Shown: positions 36,820-49,600 of the stretch, piece after piece | Layout: each line of letters opens with the position of its first letter | Position numbering within the stretch: the first letter of the stretch is position 1 | Assembly (NCBI GenBank): GCA_050084515.1 | Contig: CM114271.1 | Span: 22,134,001-22,198,000, forward strand | DNA: 64,000 nt | Direction: 5' to 3' | Source: Blasia pusilla | Taxonomy: Eukaryota | Made by a program: the position numbers and the translations under genes | The notes under the pieces: generated by a model | What the model saw: only the letters and a program-made list of their open reading frames with translations | Database searches by the model: none | Told to the model about the DNA's origin: nothing

Positions 36820-37800
36820 CAGACATAGTCCGAAGTCGACGCTGCTCGGCCATACCAAGACTCAAAATCCAAGTCAAACAATTCAGGTCCATGGCCTGAC
36901 CCAACACATGACGTCGTGAAGCCTCAGAAATAGAAGCAACCATTGTCACACCAGTAGCAAATCCCATCGCACGCTCTCTCTCATCAACATTAGGCTCCAC
37001 CAACTGTCGCACATGAGAATCCCATACAAGCCCCGGACCACCTTCCCTGTAGGCATATGACGAGGGAAAACTCACAAATGTGGGTAGTGCATCCTAGGCT
37101 GGCCCACACGGTTCACCACTGCCATGGGTGACCGATCAATAACCCTCACCACTTGAGAAAGTCGCCCAAGATATCAAGATACTATCCATTGTAAGGCGAG
37201 GATCATTTGCCTTTGCATCATATGCTCGATGTAGAACCTCCTAGGCAACAAGTTTGTCCACCACAAGCGTGGGCGATGTGCCGTGAGCCAACTCGTTGCA
37301 TCCAACAACACCGCTGGTCCAATCCAAGACCGCACCTCATGAACACTCGCCATCATCCGGTCCGAGTACCCAACAATGGAACATTCTCGGAATGTAAGCT
37401 AGAGCACGTGCTCGATGAACTGAAGATGTCGTAACACCCGTAACATCTCCCAAAACAATCGAGACCTAGGGTCATGTAATCCCTCACCACGACCAAAGAC
37501 GTGTATGACCCCACGATATGGCCATCCAAAGCAATCACCAAATCCAGAGGACCAACCCTCTCAAGGTCCTGCGCCCCCAACAATGCAATGTGTGATGGTA
37601 AAACGCTTTGGTACCCTGAATAGCTGATGGCGACAACAACTCAAGATATCTCGCATCAATCGACCAATATGTCGGGATGAGACTCTGGGCCGTCTCATCT
37701 CGCTCCACATACACGTATCTCCTCAAGACAGAATACCGGCTGCAACATCTGACCAAACCAAGTGCTAATCCCACCAAAGAGATCTAACACACAAATGCCC
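36820..37800 (-). pseudogene. C5 DNA methyltransferase domain (copy 3), frameshifted
   Basis: VLDLFGGIST, YVYVERD, GPLDLVIA, ENVPLLG, AHRPRLWWTNL, ERERAMGFATG, SRRHVLGQAMD. Confidence 0.9.
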
Positions 37801-38064
37801 TCCAGCAGATCTTTGCCATACAATGGGTGTAGTATCCAAAGGGGATAACCTAATGGACCAGAAGTAAGAGTCCGCGTGGGGCCTCCTCTTCCTCGTGAGG
37901 TATAACATGACCTCACACCAAGCCTCTGCACTAGGCGTCGCCTCTTGCCGTAGTGCACCGCCTAAACTCCAAAGTGGCACATCCAACGATGAGGATGCCC
38001 TTTGCTGCAAAAATAGGGACCTCCTCTACCTCCTCATGCACGGGAGAATCCATAAGCAGAAACA

Positions 38065-39009
38065 TTACCCTCCAAAAGTCTCTGGCCAAGTGACTACTCC
38101 ACTAAAACCAGCCACAGATGCTAACACTCTTGGGGAAGACCCTCCTGGTCGAGCCCCAGAAATAAATCTCACAGGAACTTGGCTCATACGTCTATCCTCG
38201 GATTTCCAACCAGGTCTATAAGATGCTGTCTCAGTCCAGTAATCCATCTGAAAACCCATCAGGTACAATACTGCTCCTCCAACTAGTACATCATACGACT
38301 CGGCTGATGTGACTACCGCAGATACTCCCAACCGGGAGCTATCAGTCGCATGATCTGGTCTCAACTGTACAGAAAACTTCTCCCGTGTCATGAATTGAGA
38401 CCTATCATTGGCTCCTCCAAGTGATGTTTGAATCTGGAATGGGCAAGGCTCAAGCTCTGACCTCCGAATACCCAAACCAATACATGCCGCCTTTCCCAAC
38501 ATCAAAGGTTGGGCACCAGAGTCTAACAAGACTCTATCTGGTCTATACACCTGTCCTATAGGACTCACCAATCGGAAGATCCCACTCCGGTTGTCCAACA
38601 TACATACACCAAGTGTAAGCCTCTCACGATCAATGGCTGGCCGGGCTGGTAATGCATCCATCTTCGTCGCTGTTGCCTGCCAAGTAGCACTAGTACTCAA
38701 TGCTACACTTGACATAGAGGGTCGCTCCACCGCAACATCCTCATCCACCTCAACACGTGTAGCAATAACACCCCCACGTTCACACAACGTGGCTGCTAGC
38801 TGAAATACAGGAGCTAAGTCAACTCCTAAAGCCATCAGCTCCGTGGCCGAAAATAATGGGGATCCCAACACTGAAGTTGCTATCCGCAATACTGCACTGG
38901 ATGCTGCATCTGTGTCTACTACACGCAATGTAGATGCCTCAGTCCCCACTGTCGGCTCAATAGGCTGCATAGGAACCATGGATGGAGTCCTAAGCACCTC
39001 AGACAACAA
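38065..39009 (-). CDS. Retrotransposon aspartic protease-containing ORF (copy 3)
   Basis: VLLDSGAQPLMLG (D-S-G active site) and YDVLVGGAVL; 314-aa open frame. Confidence 0.85.
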   Translation of the reverse strand: MLSEVLRTPSMVPMQPIEPTVGTEASTLRVVDTDAASSAVLRIATSVLGSPLFSATELMALGVDLAPVFQLAATLCERGGVIATRVEVDEDVAVERPSMSSVALSTSATWQATATKMDALPARPAIDRERLTLGVCMLDNRSGIFRLVSPIGQVYRPDRVLLDSGAQPLMLGKAACIGLGIRRSELEPCPFQIQTSLGGANDRSQFMTREKFSVQLRPDHATDSSRLGVSAVVTSAESYDVLVGGAVLYLMGFQMDYWTETASYRPGWKSEDRRMSQVPVRFISGARPGGSSPRVLASVAGFSGVVTWPETFGG

Positions 39010-39043
39010 GAATGACTAGGGAAGCCTAGCCTGCCTCCCAACC

Positions 39044-40666
39044 TCACCCCTCTGTGGGTCCAACTCCACAGTAGCACCATGTGGCTCGACCGCTCGAGTG
39101 GCTCCTCTCGTAATGGTGATGCCTCAACTTTGTCTTTGCTTTTCGCCATATAAGAGAGATCATCCCCTCCATAAGAGGTGGAAGCCCCTGCTCCCGAACT
39201 GATCTATCTTTGGATACCGACCATAGTAGCCAACTCGCTCCAATCTGCTCAATCCTGGCAGCCATAGTTGACTCTGTCGTAGTGGTAGGGGTAGCCACCG
39301 TAGGCTCTCCAACCACTGGTCCACCTCTACCACCCCTACCACCTCTACCACCTCGGCCTCTCGGAGCTACTCCACCACGGCCACGGCCTGATCTCAACTC
39401 TGGATGAAGATCAAAGCAACGCTCTCGAGGATGACCGGGTCTCCCGCAATGATCACACTGAGTTGGGGCCGACTGAGGCCCATCCTCCAAAGTCCGTCTC
39501 CCATCCTCTTGGCGACAAAACTTCCTAACATGATCACCTCCGCATGTTTAACATGACTGTCCTTGCTGCGGGGCAGCAAATGAAGGCAATGGTCTCTGCG
39601 CAAGTGTCCCTCTAGGACTTGACTGAGGTCGTATGTACCCCCCACGACTCCCACTACTACTACCACCACCACTACTACGAGACTGTGAGGTGGGCGGCTG
39701 AACACAAGAAGTAGTAGTTGTATCCCTACTGAAAGCGGATGTCACCACTCTCTCCTTCACCATGTTAAGCTCAATCTTCTCAGATAGAGCAAACACATGG
39801 GTCAATGTGGGTGAATCATCACTCATAAGAGTAGCATCACGTACCCTACGACGCAAATCTCTATCCAAGATCCCATACCAAAACTGGACTGCCTGATCCT
39901 CAATCACTCCCTGGGTAACTTAAATCAAGCGTCGCATACGAGTGTATGCCTCACGAAGACTCTCACCAGTCTTTTGCTCAAAGTCCTGAAGATTCCTCAA
40001 CTTCTCCGTCTTCACTCCCTGATAGTTCTTCTTCAACCTCTTGAAGAACTCTGCAACCGGGCTGAACGATGGTGGGGCACTAGTACCTCCACTAGTACCC
40101 CCACTAGTACCTCCACTGGTATCCCCACTCCAGCTCGTACTCGTACCACTCAACGTCGGGCTGGCTGGCATAGTAGGAGCACTACTACCAATACCACCAT
40201 GGGTGATAGACACATAGCCTGGACACCAATATTGTCTCCACGCCTCAATCTCAGCAACATGGTCTTTCCTAAACTCATGGTAATCATCCATGGGTGGTCC
40301 TTCAAGTCTTTGAAACAACCCCTTCAAGCCAAGAAGGGTGTAAACAACGTGGCGTTCATAACATCGCATATCACACCACGTATCAAACTCCTGCATAAAG
40401 TCCTCCAACTCAATGGTGCCCACTGCACCCGAGTATCGTCGTGGGCCCTTCATGGCCCCATATCCACCGTCCATGTCCCAAATCAATGGAGCTGCAACAC
40501 TCGATAACAACGTAGAAGACTCGGTGTTTGGAACACCCTCGTCCTCCTCTTCATCAACTGTCGAAAGTGGAAAAGGTAGCCGATACCTAAATCCACTCCG
40601 TGTGAAACCACCACTGTCCGCACCACGGTCCCCAACCAGACCACCCGACAGCTCCGTGATGACCAA
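39044..40666 (-). pseudogene. gag (copy 3)
   Basis: YSGAVGTIELEDFMQEFDTWC, FEQKTGESLREAYTRMRRL, CCHC knuckles, RGG repeats. Confidence 0.8.
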
Positions 40667-43600
40667 CGCCGATGCCGCACCACCACTAAGTAACCAAGTG
40701 ACGTCGATGTCGCTATACTATTCTAGCTCTACTAGCTATGGGTGTAGGCAACCTAACTTTTCATCACCACAAGAAGTCTCCCACGGTCTACTCGTCATCC
40801 CTCCAGCCTCACTACCGGTAGCACACAGGAGTAACACTACTCTGGAAATCAGCGTCAACCCTAACAATGGGCGCACAAGCAAGAAGCACCGATGGAGGGG
40901 ATCCAAACACAGGAAGTCCAACGACAACCCTCCAATCGCAAATGGAAATCAAGGTAACATAATCCACCAAACGTGGTGCCCCCTGAATCCACAAAACCCA
41001 CCACACAATTCTAACGCAATAGCTACTCCACCGCGGGTCGATAACGTGCTAGTCGAACTCGCAGTACCTGAAAATATCACCTGCATGGAGAGGCTACACC
41101 GTACTATGCGCTAGAGGTACATCAACCAAAAACCTGAGATGCATAAAGCGCCTAACACATCTCCGAACAACACCAAATGAGCTACAACAGTGTGTACACT
41201 GGCATAGTTAAGAACTCAGCAGTTAAGCGTCCTCCAGGCATAATAGCCCAAAGATGGGTGACCAGTTATGCAACACTCAAATCCCAAATCCTGCAAAAAT
41301 TGCCCCACGCCCAAGCAAGCAAGCTTGCTTGCTTGCTCCTTGCTCCTTACTCCGCCTCTCACGCCCACTCGCCCCGAGCTACCACGAGTTGAATCAAATC
41401 TGTTTCGACCAGAATTCAATTGACCACCATAGCTATCTCTCCACAAAAAATCAGCTACAACCGAGCTCTGTACTCCGAGCTAAACATCAGACAAACTTGT
41501 TGTCCATACACCTCCAGAATCGCAAATCCGACAACGCTTCCGCCAAGTTCCATGCAAGCACAAATCCGCAACGCTCCACACACTCGAGTAGATAGCTTCA
41601 CATGAGATCACAATACAATTAGCAACAGGAACCTCTCACCCGATCTGGATGAACTTCAACAGAGTTTCCGCACTCCAAGCTCTCCACATCAGAAAACCGT
41701 CGAACACTAACTAGAATCTTCAATCCTTGATAATTTCCAACTCCCTTGACGAAATCCGGCGATCTAAAGCGCGTTGGAAAGCTCTCAGCATGGCGCTTCT
41801 TTCCCAACCAACACCGCATCAGATTCACACCTCCAAAATAGGCCACAAGCCACAAACATCCACGGCTGAGTACACAATCAGCCCTAACCAGATCCTACTG
41901 ATCTACAATCGAAGCTACCATCGATCTACTGCAGTTCTTTGAGTGAAATCCCTGAAAGACCTACTGTCATAAAACACGTATACAATCACATACAATCAAG
42001 CCAAACCCACTCCACGATGGGAGAATCTAGGTCGAAGCTTGCGGGAAACACCATAGCCAAGAGCTCTACTCACTACCAAGGTTAACTCCCAACGCAACAG
42101 GCTCAACTCAAAGAACTGACTGTTCTTTGAGTGCACTCCACTTTATATCCTCCAACCTAAGAACGGGCCCTACTGGGAAAGTCACCCCCAACTGAGTAAC
42201 CCCCAACCCTATGTATGGAACCGCATCTCTATCAAGCCACTATAGTCCTACATAAGGAATGGCCTCTACTAGCACACTATACTCTACGACATAATCCGTA
42301 TGGTCATGACATATCCACGATTGTATTCTTGGTTGACAAAATGGATGTACCCCTCAAGAAATCAATGTCACTCCACTTATTAACATCGTGTCCATAAACA
42401 ACGTCAATGAGATCATTCATCCTTGTCATTTTTACAATTATCGCATCCGGAACTTCTATAAAATCCTCTCCAAGGTCCAAATGTAATGGCACTCAACCCT
42501 CTCCTATCTCTAATAACCACGTTGCAAACGCTTCTTGCTCTTCTCGTGCATATCCTACGAAAAATATAAGATCAAGAAATGAGTACATATTAAAAATTTT
42601 AAAAAAACACATGAAATGAAAAAGGAAAAATATTAGGTTAATTCTTAAATACCTTGTAAAGTATTAACTCTCATGTTGCTAGTGAGTTTCAATACTCTCA
42701 CGTCAGACCAAATAAGAGATCTCCTCAATGTTGCACGCACAATTGTAGCACGATATCCACGACGAACAACTGGAGGAAGTTGTCAAAAGTCACCACCGAA
42801 TAAAATGATCTTCCCCCCAAAAGGCAAGTCTCGTAATCGACTATCCATCAAACCCATGATATCTTGGAAAGTACGATTAACGACCTCGAATGCATGACGA
42901 TGGGTCATAGGAGCTTCATCCCACACGATCAACTTCACCTTTTGTATAAGGCGGGCCATATGACTATTGATCGATAGGCTAGAAAATAGATAACAAAATA
43001 ATATGTGAGGAACATTTATGAAGGATAAATCTAAGAATATATCAATAATATGCATGCCATAATTATAAAGTAAAAGGAACCAAAATCTTAAATCTAGACG
43101 TACTTGCAAGTGGAGCTTTCATGTACTTGAATAGGAATCTTGAATCGAGAATGAGCAGTACGACCTCCATCCAATAATAAAGCGGAAATTCCTGAAGATG
43201 CAAGTGCAAGAGCTATATGACCCTCGCTTCGTACCATTGCAAGAAGAAGGTTGTACAAAAAGGTTTTTCCCGTTCCGCGAGGACCATCGATAAAGAAATT
43301 TTTTTCCTAAAAATCCATATTTTTAGTGACAAAAATGCACTTTAAAAAGAAAAAAACTTAAAGAGATTTAAAGAGTAAAAAAGTCATCTTAAAATTTACT
43401 ATGCATAATATCCACTTACAGAAGGTGGCGCATCTTGTAAGACATCGCGAAAAGCATTACAAATAACTTCCCAAACAGCTCGTTGTCCATCATTTAAAGA
43501 TATCTCTCTTGCTCTCACACGTTCACAAAGCATATCATGATCGTAGCAGAGCTCTTCCTCTTCTAGACGCGAAATAGATAAATTACGAGTTTGGAAATCT

Positions 43601-46600
43601 GGTTGAGGCATGTCGAGGATGTCCGCCATACTCTTATCATGATCTTGAAGATGGTAATGGATCTCCAATAACGCAAGATTAATAATATGAACAACCAATG
43701 GAAGGGTCGGAATACCAATTCTCTATTACAAGGAACAAATATAGAAGTTAAAACATAAATAAAATACATTAAAAAACTCGTAAGAGAAAAATGAACTTAA
43801 CAAAAGGCATGCATATTACCTCACGCTTTTGATGTAGAAGATCTTCAGTTAATGGAACCAAAAAATGTTCCCACACTATAGCCGGAAGAGAAGGTATATT
43901 ATATAGAAGACTGATGGCAAAGAGTAGACATAATGAATAGCCAGTGCGAATGACAACCGCCTCTTCAAAGCAAGAAAAGATCTCTCTATCGTCCTCCAAA
44001 AGTCCCATTTGAATAGCAGTCTCTTTGAAGGTAGGATAAACTACACCATCGATAGTTCTCAAATCTTGATATGATTGAGCTCCTCTCACATGATGGAGAA
44101 GTAATCGTAACCAATGATCCTCCCCTTCAGCTAGGATTAGCCAAAAAAGAAATATTAGGAAGAAAGCACAAATGTGTTTGTAACTTTAACTAAAATTTTG
44201 CCTTAATAATTGTAATCTAACAGAGAATAGAAATTTTACCTGGGTTTGTCATATACAAACGTCCAATAGGATGTCCACATCCTTTTCTTGCACGTTTGCG
44301 CAAGTGCCATTGCTTCTTATTCCAAGAGTAATGAGAAGGGAACTCCAAATAAAGATATTGTCACGCAGTTGAATCAGAAACATTTGTTGCAAACCATTGA
44401 GTGAGAGTGGTTTCCTTACTTCGCTCCAGAATATTACCCAATGAATCTTGCCCATGAAAATATACCATTTGACTGTCTGGAAGATGAACAATCAATCTCA
44501 CAATACTTGGTTGCTCTGCATGTAGACTAAACTTGAAGATTCGCCAACATGCTTTTGAAGAAGAAACATACCTTCATACCACAGGATATAAATATTGTTA
44601 GGCTCCCACATAATATCATAGGAAAAAATAGGGAGATATTGAAAGATAGAAGGATCAAAATACCTTGCATAAAGATATAATGATGTCTCATCAATAGTAT
44701 CCTCCCATGATGTAGTATTTGCCAAGGTATATGATATGGCATCAGATCCCTTGTATACATACTTATAAAAGTACTTTACAGCCAAGATGCTATTTGTTAT
44801 CTCCAAATTTATATGACAATCAAATAAAGTACATAGCATTGGATTGTATGGAACCACCCAACGATTATCGAAGTCATGATTTGACTTATTAATCAATCTG
44901 CCATTATCACGCCTGCATTAACACATATAGAGCTTATTAGTAGTTGAGGACATACATAGCACACTAATAAAAGAGCATTAAATCATGAAATAAACAACAA
45001 AACCAATGAATTACCTCTTATAAATAGGATATCCATCCTCATTCTCCATTGTCATTGATGCAAACAGCATTGGGTATCCTTTGGAACATATTTTTTTCGT
45101 TTTATCCGTGCAAGGTGCAGTTGGATGTGCTACTCCACACGGACCATGAATCATACAATTTCTTACAGTAGAATATAGCCTAGGATGAGTGATAGGATTG
45201 GGGATCTCAGCAGATATAATATCATCAAAATCGGAGGTTGTCCTTGGCTTATCCTCAGAAGCAAGAATAATTAGGATATGCACATGTGGTAGCCCTCTCT
45301 TTTGGAACTCGACAACATGAATGCATCCTACTACTCGACCCAAAATATGCTTATCCAATATAAGTCTCAATAACTCCTTCTTCTTTTGTTAGAAAACACG
45401 TACAACCAGGTCAGGACGATCAGACGTTGATTGCCCATGAAGCAGAGCACCAGTAATCTCAGGCCATTTAGGGTTGCAAGTCATAGTCAAAAAGTAGTCT
45501 GGCTTCCCAAAATGTCTCACAATGGCCATAGCATCATGGTACAATTGATGCATATGACGGGGTCCTCCTATGAAAGACGAAGGTAAGATAATACGTCTCC
45601 CTAAGCCTTGACCGTTCATATCATGCCGAGTCATGGCATCTCTGACACCTTGGTATAAATCAGCTCTCAACTCTTTTTGATGCAATCGTATCCAAGTTAG
45701 CCGCTGCATTTCAATAGTCGCATACATATCCACCATATATTCTTGAGTAAGACGACCAAACCTCAGCAACCGATTATTATCCATAGCGTTAGCTCACATT
45801 TGAAGTCTAAATGAAGCAAATTGTAGTAATGGTCTTTGAACTCGCCTCATGAGTGGTAACTTCACCTTGCACTCCTCCTTGTACAATATCATCTTCATCC
45901 TCCTCCATGATAGCATCCCCTCTTAACGGCGCATCATGTCTATGATCATGTTGCACTTGCAAAGGTATCCTTGGATGCCAACCTGCTTCATCATAAACAA
46001 AAGGCAAAACAAAGTGCAATGGGATATAGGCTTCATTCAGATCTGATAGACGACGAATCCCTCCTCCATGTAAGCGAACAATAATATCACGTCCTTCTAC
46101 TGGCTCACTCCCATCTCCCGGCAAGATAGCTGCAATCTCTGAAGCAACAGGCCTGGTGTATCGTTTGGCATCGAGACCTCGCTTACTACCCTTAAGAACA
46201 ATATGGAAGTCAGAATTACATGGATCAATAGCCACATTTCGAAATAGAGCCACATATGGATTATGGGCATGTAAGATATCTTGTAATCCCCTTAAGATCT
46301 CTGGCCTCAATTGATCCCGATAATCTCCATTCATAATCCTTCTTCTATATTTCATCTGATGCTCATCATCATGAATATAAATCTGCGCAAATTGTGGAGG
46401 AGCACCACTTTCAGCATGAAGAGGTCCAATAGAATGATATACACCACCTTGAATCCTAAAGTTTCCTATACCACCTCGTTGCTCTGTCACATGGGCGCCA
46501 GTAGATGCCAATTGAAGAGCACTATTATAGGCACATGCATTGCGCAAAAAATGAAGACTATTTGAACTCCTACCAGAAAGTAATTCTGCTAGTATAGAAG

Positions 46601-49600
46601 GTGAAGTTGTCAAATATGGTAATTGAATCTTACCATGCCCACAACACACACCAAAAGGCGAGCTTATAAACCTATTATACTTCACTCTCTCACACTTCCA
46701 ATGTAGAGCATTGCAACTCGGACAAATAACATTCATAAGTCCAACACTAAAACGGCCAGTCATACTATCAATATGGTCTCCCAACCTAAGAATTCGAATG
46801 TGCTTTTCTTCAAAGTTAGGAATACGTGCAATATTATGCAACTTTTTCAAGTTCACAACCCTTCTGGATCCCACATTTGGAATTGAGGCATGTACATTGT
46901 CTTCATTTCCTTCACAATTGGCTCCAGTGGCATCACTCCTTATCAACAGATCGCCAACATGTGCAATCTCATGTACTTCATCCGAAAAAGATCCCACATT
47001 TGGAATCGAGGCATGTACATCCTCTTCATTCACTTCCATGTGGCCTTCACGATTAGATCCATTGGCATCACTCCTTATCAACGGATCGTTAACATCTGTA
47101 AACTCATGTACTTCATCCAAATGAGCACGTCTTCTTCTTTGGCCCTTAGCTCGAGCTACTTGACGCATGTGACATAATCGTAGAGGATTGGTAGGAACTC
47201 GAAGACTGCAAGTAGAGGTTAAGAAATTAATATATATGATTATAATAAAAACAAATATACATACAAACATATCTATATTATAATTTGAATATACAATTTA
47301 GAAATATACATTGGAGATGGTACGACCACAATCCTAGAGTTTGGAATAGCTTCAACTTCATGATGTACCATTATTGGCCTGCAAAAAATGTTGTTATTAG
47401 AAATCATTCATAAAAATTTAAGACCACCTTATAAATTTAAGCATACCTTATATTAGCTTGAGCATGAAAGTCATTAGTAGTCATGGCCTCGACTTCTTCT
47501 GTAGGAAGAAGATTGTGCCTCCTTCTCTGGCCTTGTGCTCTTGCAACTTGAAGCATAGCATGTAATCCTCGGGGGTTGGACGGAAGTGGTAGACTGAGAA
47601 AAAAATATTTATAAAAATCAAGTCATAATAATTATATTAAAAAATTCAACTTCAAAAAAGACCAATCAAAAATAAGAAATTGATAAGTGGAAGAAACATA
47701 CATGGGAGATGATGTAGTGTCTATTGAAGAATGAAGATTGTCATTGGTAGGTGTTGCTCCCAACCTGGACAAAGAATAAGAAAAGTCAAAATAGGAAATA
47801 TACTTCTGAATATATTCATAAGAAATGGTAGAAATGTTATACATAAATAAATACCTTCTACTATTTATGGCAGATGAGTCATCGATAATGGGTGGTTGTA
47901 ATTCTTCCATCGAAGCAACATTCACAATAGCTTCAGTAGATCTCAATTGAACTAATTTAGCATGTCTTTGCTTTTGTCCTTGAGCTCTCACAATTTGATG
48001 TATATCATCTAACCGTTGCGGGTTCCATGGATTTGGAAGTCTATAGCACAAACATGAAAGATATTAAAGTCACACAACAAATCTAGAGTGTGCACATATA
48101 GTTACGATATCATTATATTATCATAATGCAAAGCATCCTTACAGTGGAGATGACAAAGTCGTTGAATGAGTTACGAATCGCATATCCTAAAGCGCCCTTC
48201 TCTTTCTTTGAGATGCAACCCTTCTAGCCTTCTTATATGCAAGATTCTCTGTTTCCTCCGAAATCCGCTTAGAAGATGGTGGACTACATGAAATGTGATG
48301 ATCATGCTCCACATTAGGTAAAAAGACTACATTGGTAATATCTGCGAATGGTCTTTTTTCATTCCGCCTCAATGGTTCCTCTTGACATTCATCCATCTTG
48401 TGACAAAATCAACCATCCAAGAAAAATATGTATTGACAATATATCAAAAAATATTAGAAAAAATAAGAAAAAAAAAATTTACCAAAAAGCTTAAACTCAA
48501 GTCTTGGTACGTGAATATTATATTCTATATAAAAAATAGAGCAACACATAACTTAAGTTTTAATAAAAATCTGAAATGGGAAAATCATTCTAACGGGCAA
48601 TGAGACTCAGCCGTACTCATCTCACTTGAGTCCTCCAAGCAAATTGTATGACAGTCACTAATTTCCCATGACCCCGACCCGCAACAATCACGTACAAATG
48701 AATGGCTAGATGCTATAGGGTCCGAGGAAGGGATGCAATCATGTGTGGAATCTGTATCTTCTTCTCCCTCCTGACCTCCAACTACTCCTTGTGAAATAGA
48801 ATGATGATTCACCACGGGCGTGGTTAAAATCCTAGATGCAATCTCATCATAACTACAACTATGATCATTTCTCAAAGGGCTAATACTAACATTAGGAGCA
48901 TTAATCCCATTTTCAAAAATCGGCAATGGTACATAGCTAGGACTTGAAGCCTTATCCCTATTTTCAAAAATCGGTGATGGAACATAGCCATGACTTAAAG
49001 CATTATTCCTATTTTCAATGATCGGCGATGGAACATACTCCGGACTTGCTATTTGTATTACCTCTACAATGTCGACATCTATAGGTGTATAATCCCTTTC
49101 TTGTTCATCAAGAGGAACGTAGAACTCACCATCGCTAAAGCGTAAATCTTCAACACTCATTTATAGAGTATCCTGCATTATCCATATAATTATTTTAATA
49201 AAATAAATATTTAAAATAATAAAATAAATACTCAATAGAAAAGGATACTAAATTTCCACACATGAATATTAGTACACAAGCAGAGAAAACTTACTTTTTT
49301 GAGTCACTCCACTCCCAAAGAAATGAAACTTGATCGTTTGCTCAACTCAGCAATCTCAAACACACATATCTGAAAATAAAACGAAGATGGGTTTTTGATG
49401 ATTCATTGAATATAAAAAATATATAATACTCTTTTGGCTACTTATCTCCAATATCTCGACTATCGTCACTAATGTCTAAATCCGCATAATCCACACGCCT
49501 ATATTCCAGGTCGAACTCATCACCAACATACCATCCCTCTGAATCATAGACGGAAGTAGAAGAATATTCCCCATCGTCAAGATCTTCAAGAGGGCAACTA

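Larger units (their letters stand above)
33478..42311 (-). mobile_element. Ty3/Gypsy DNMT-PHD retrotransposon, family II copy 3 (both ends and TSD present)
   Basis: TG...CA ends with TATC/TATC TSD. A1 41944-42311; gag about 39000-40666 with CCHC CDHCGRPGHPRERC and RGG; protease VLLDSGAQPLMLG; DNMT about 36820-37800; RT 36233-36718; IN; PHD about 34225-34362; PPT; B1 33953-34054, AT, A2 33584-33950, B2 33478-33582. Confidence 0.95.
32776..47205 (-). pseudogene. Helitron Rep/PIF1-helicase (RepHel), multi-exon
   Basis: Zn-finger CPSCNALHW/CCGHGKI; LPSSFIGGPR; TMTCNPKW; HUH motif VEFQKRGLPHVHIL; KYFYKYVYKG; Walker A FIDGPRGTGKTFLY; WDEAPM; FGGDF; QFPIRPAFAMTINKSQGQTL; HGQLYVALSR. Confidence 0.95.

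Noticed and set aside
39974-41114. Long plus-strand ORFs (177 and 233 aa)
   Set aside because: Antisense shadows of GC-rich gag and leader sequence; low complexity with no recognisable domain.
33478-42311. DIRS/Ngaro/PAT tyrosine-recombinase element, suggested by split repeats plus a methyltransferase
   Set aside because: It has an aspartic protease, a DDE integrase, TG..CA ends, a PPT and a TSD. The MTase is C5-type (PC, ENV), not the DIRS adenine-type, and I see no YR motifs.
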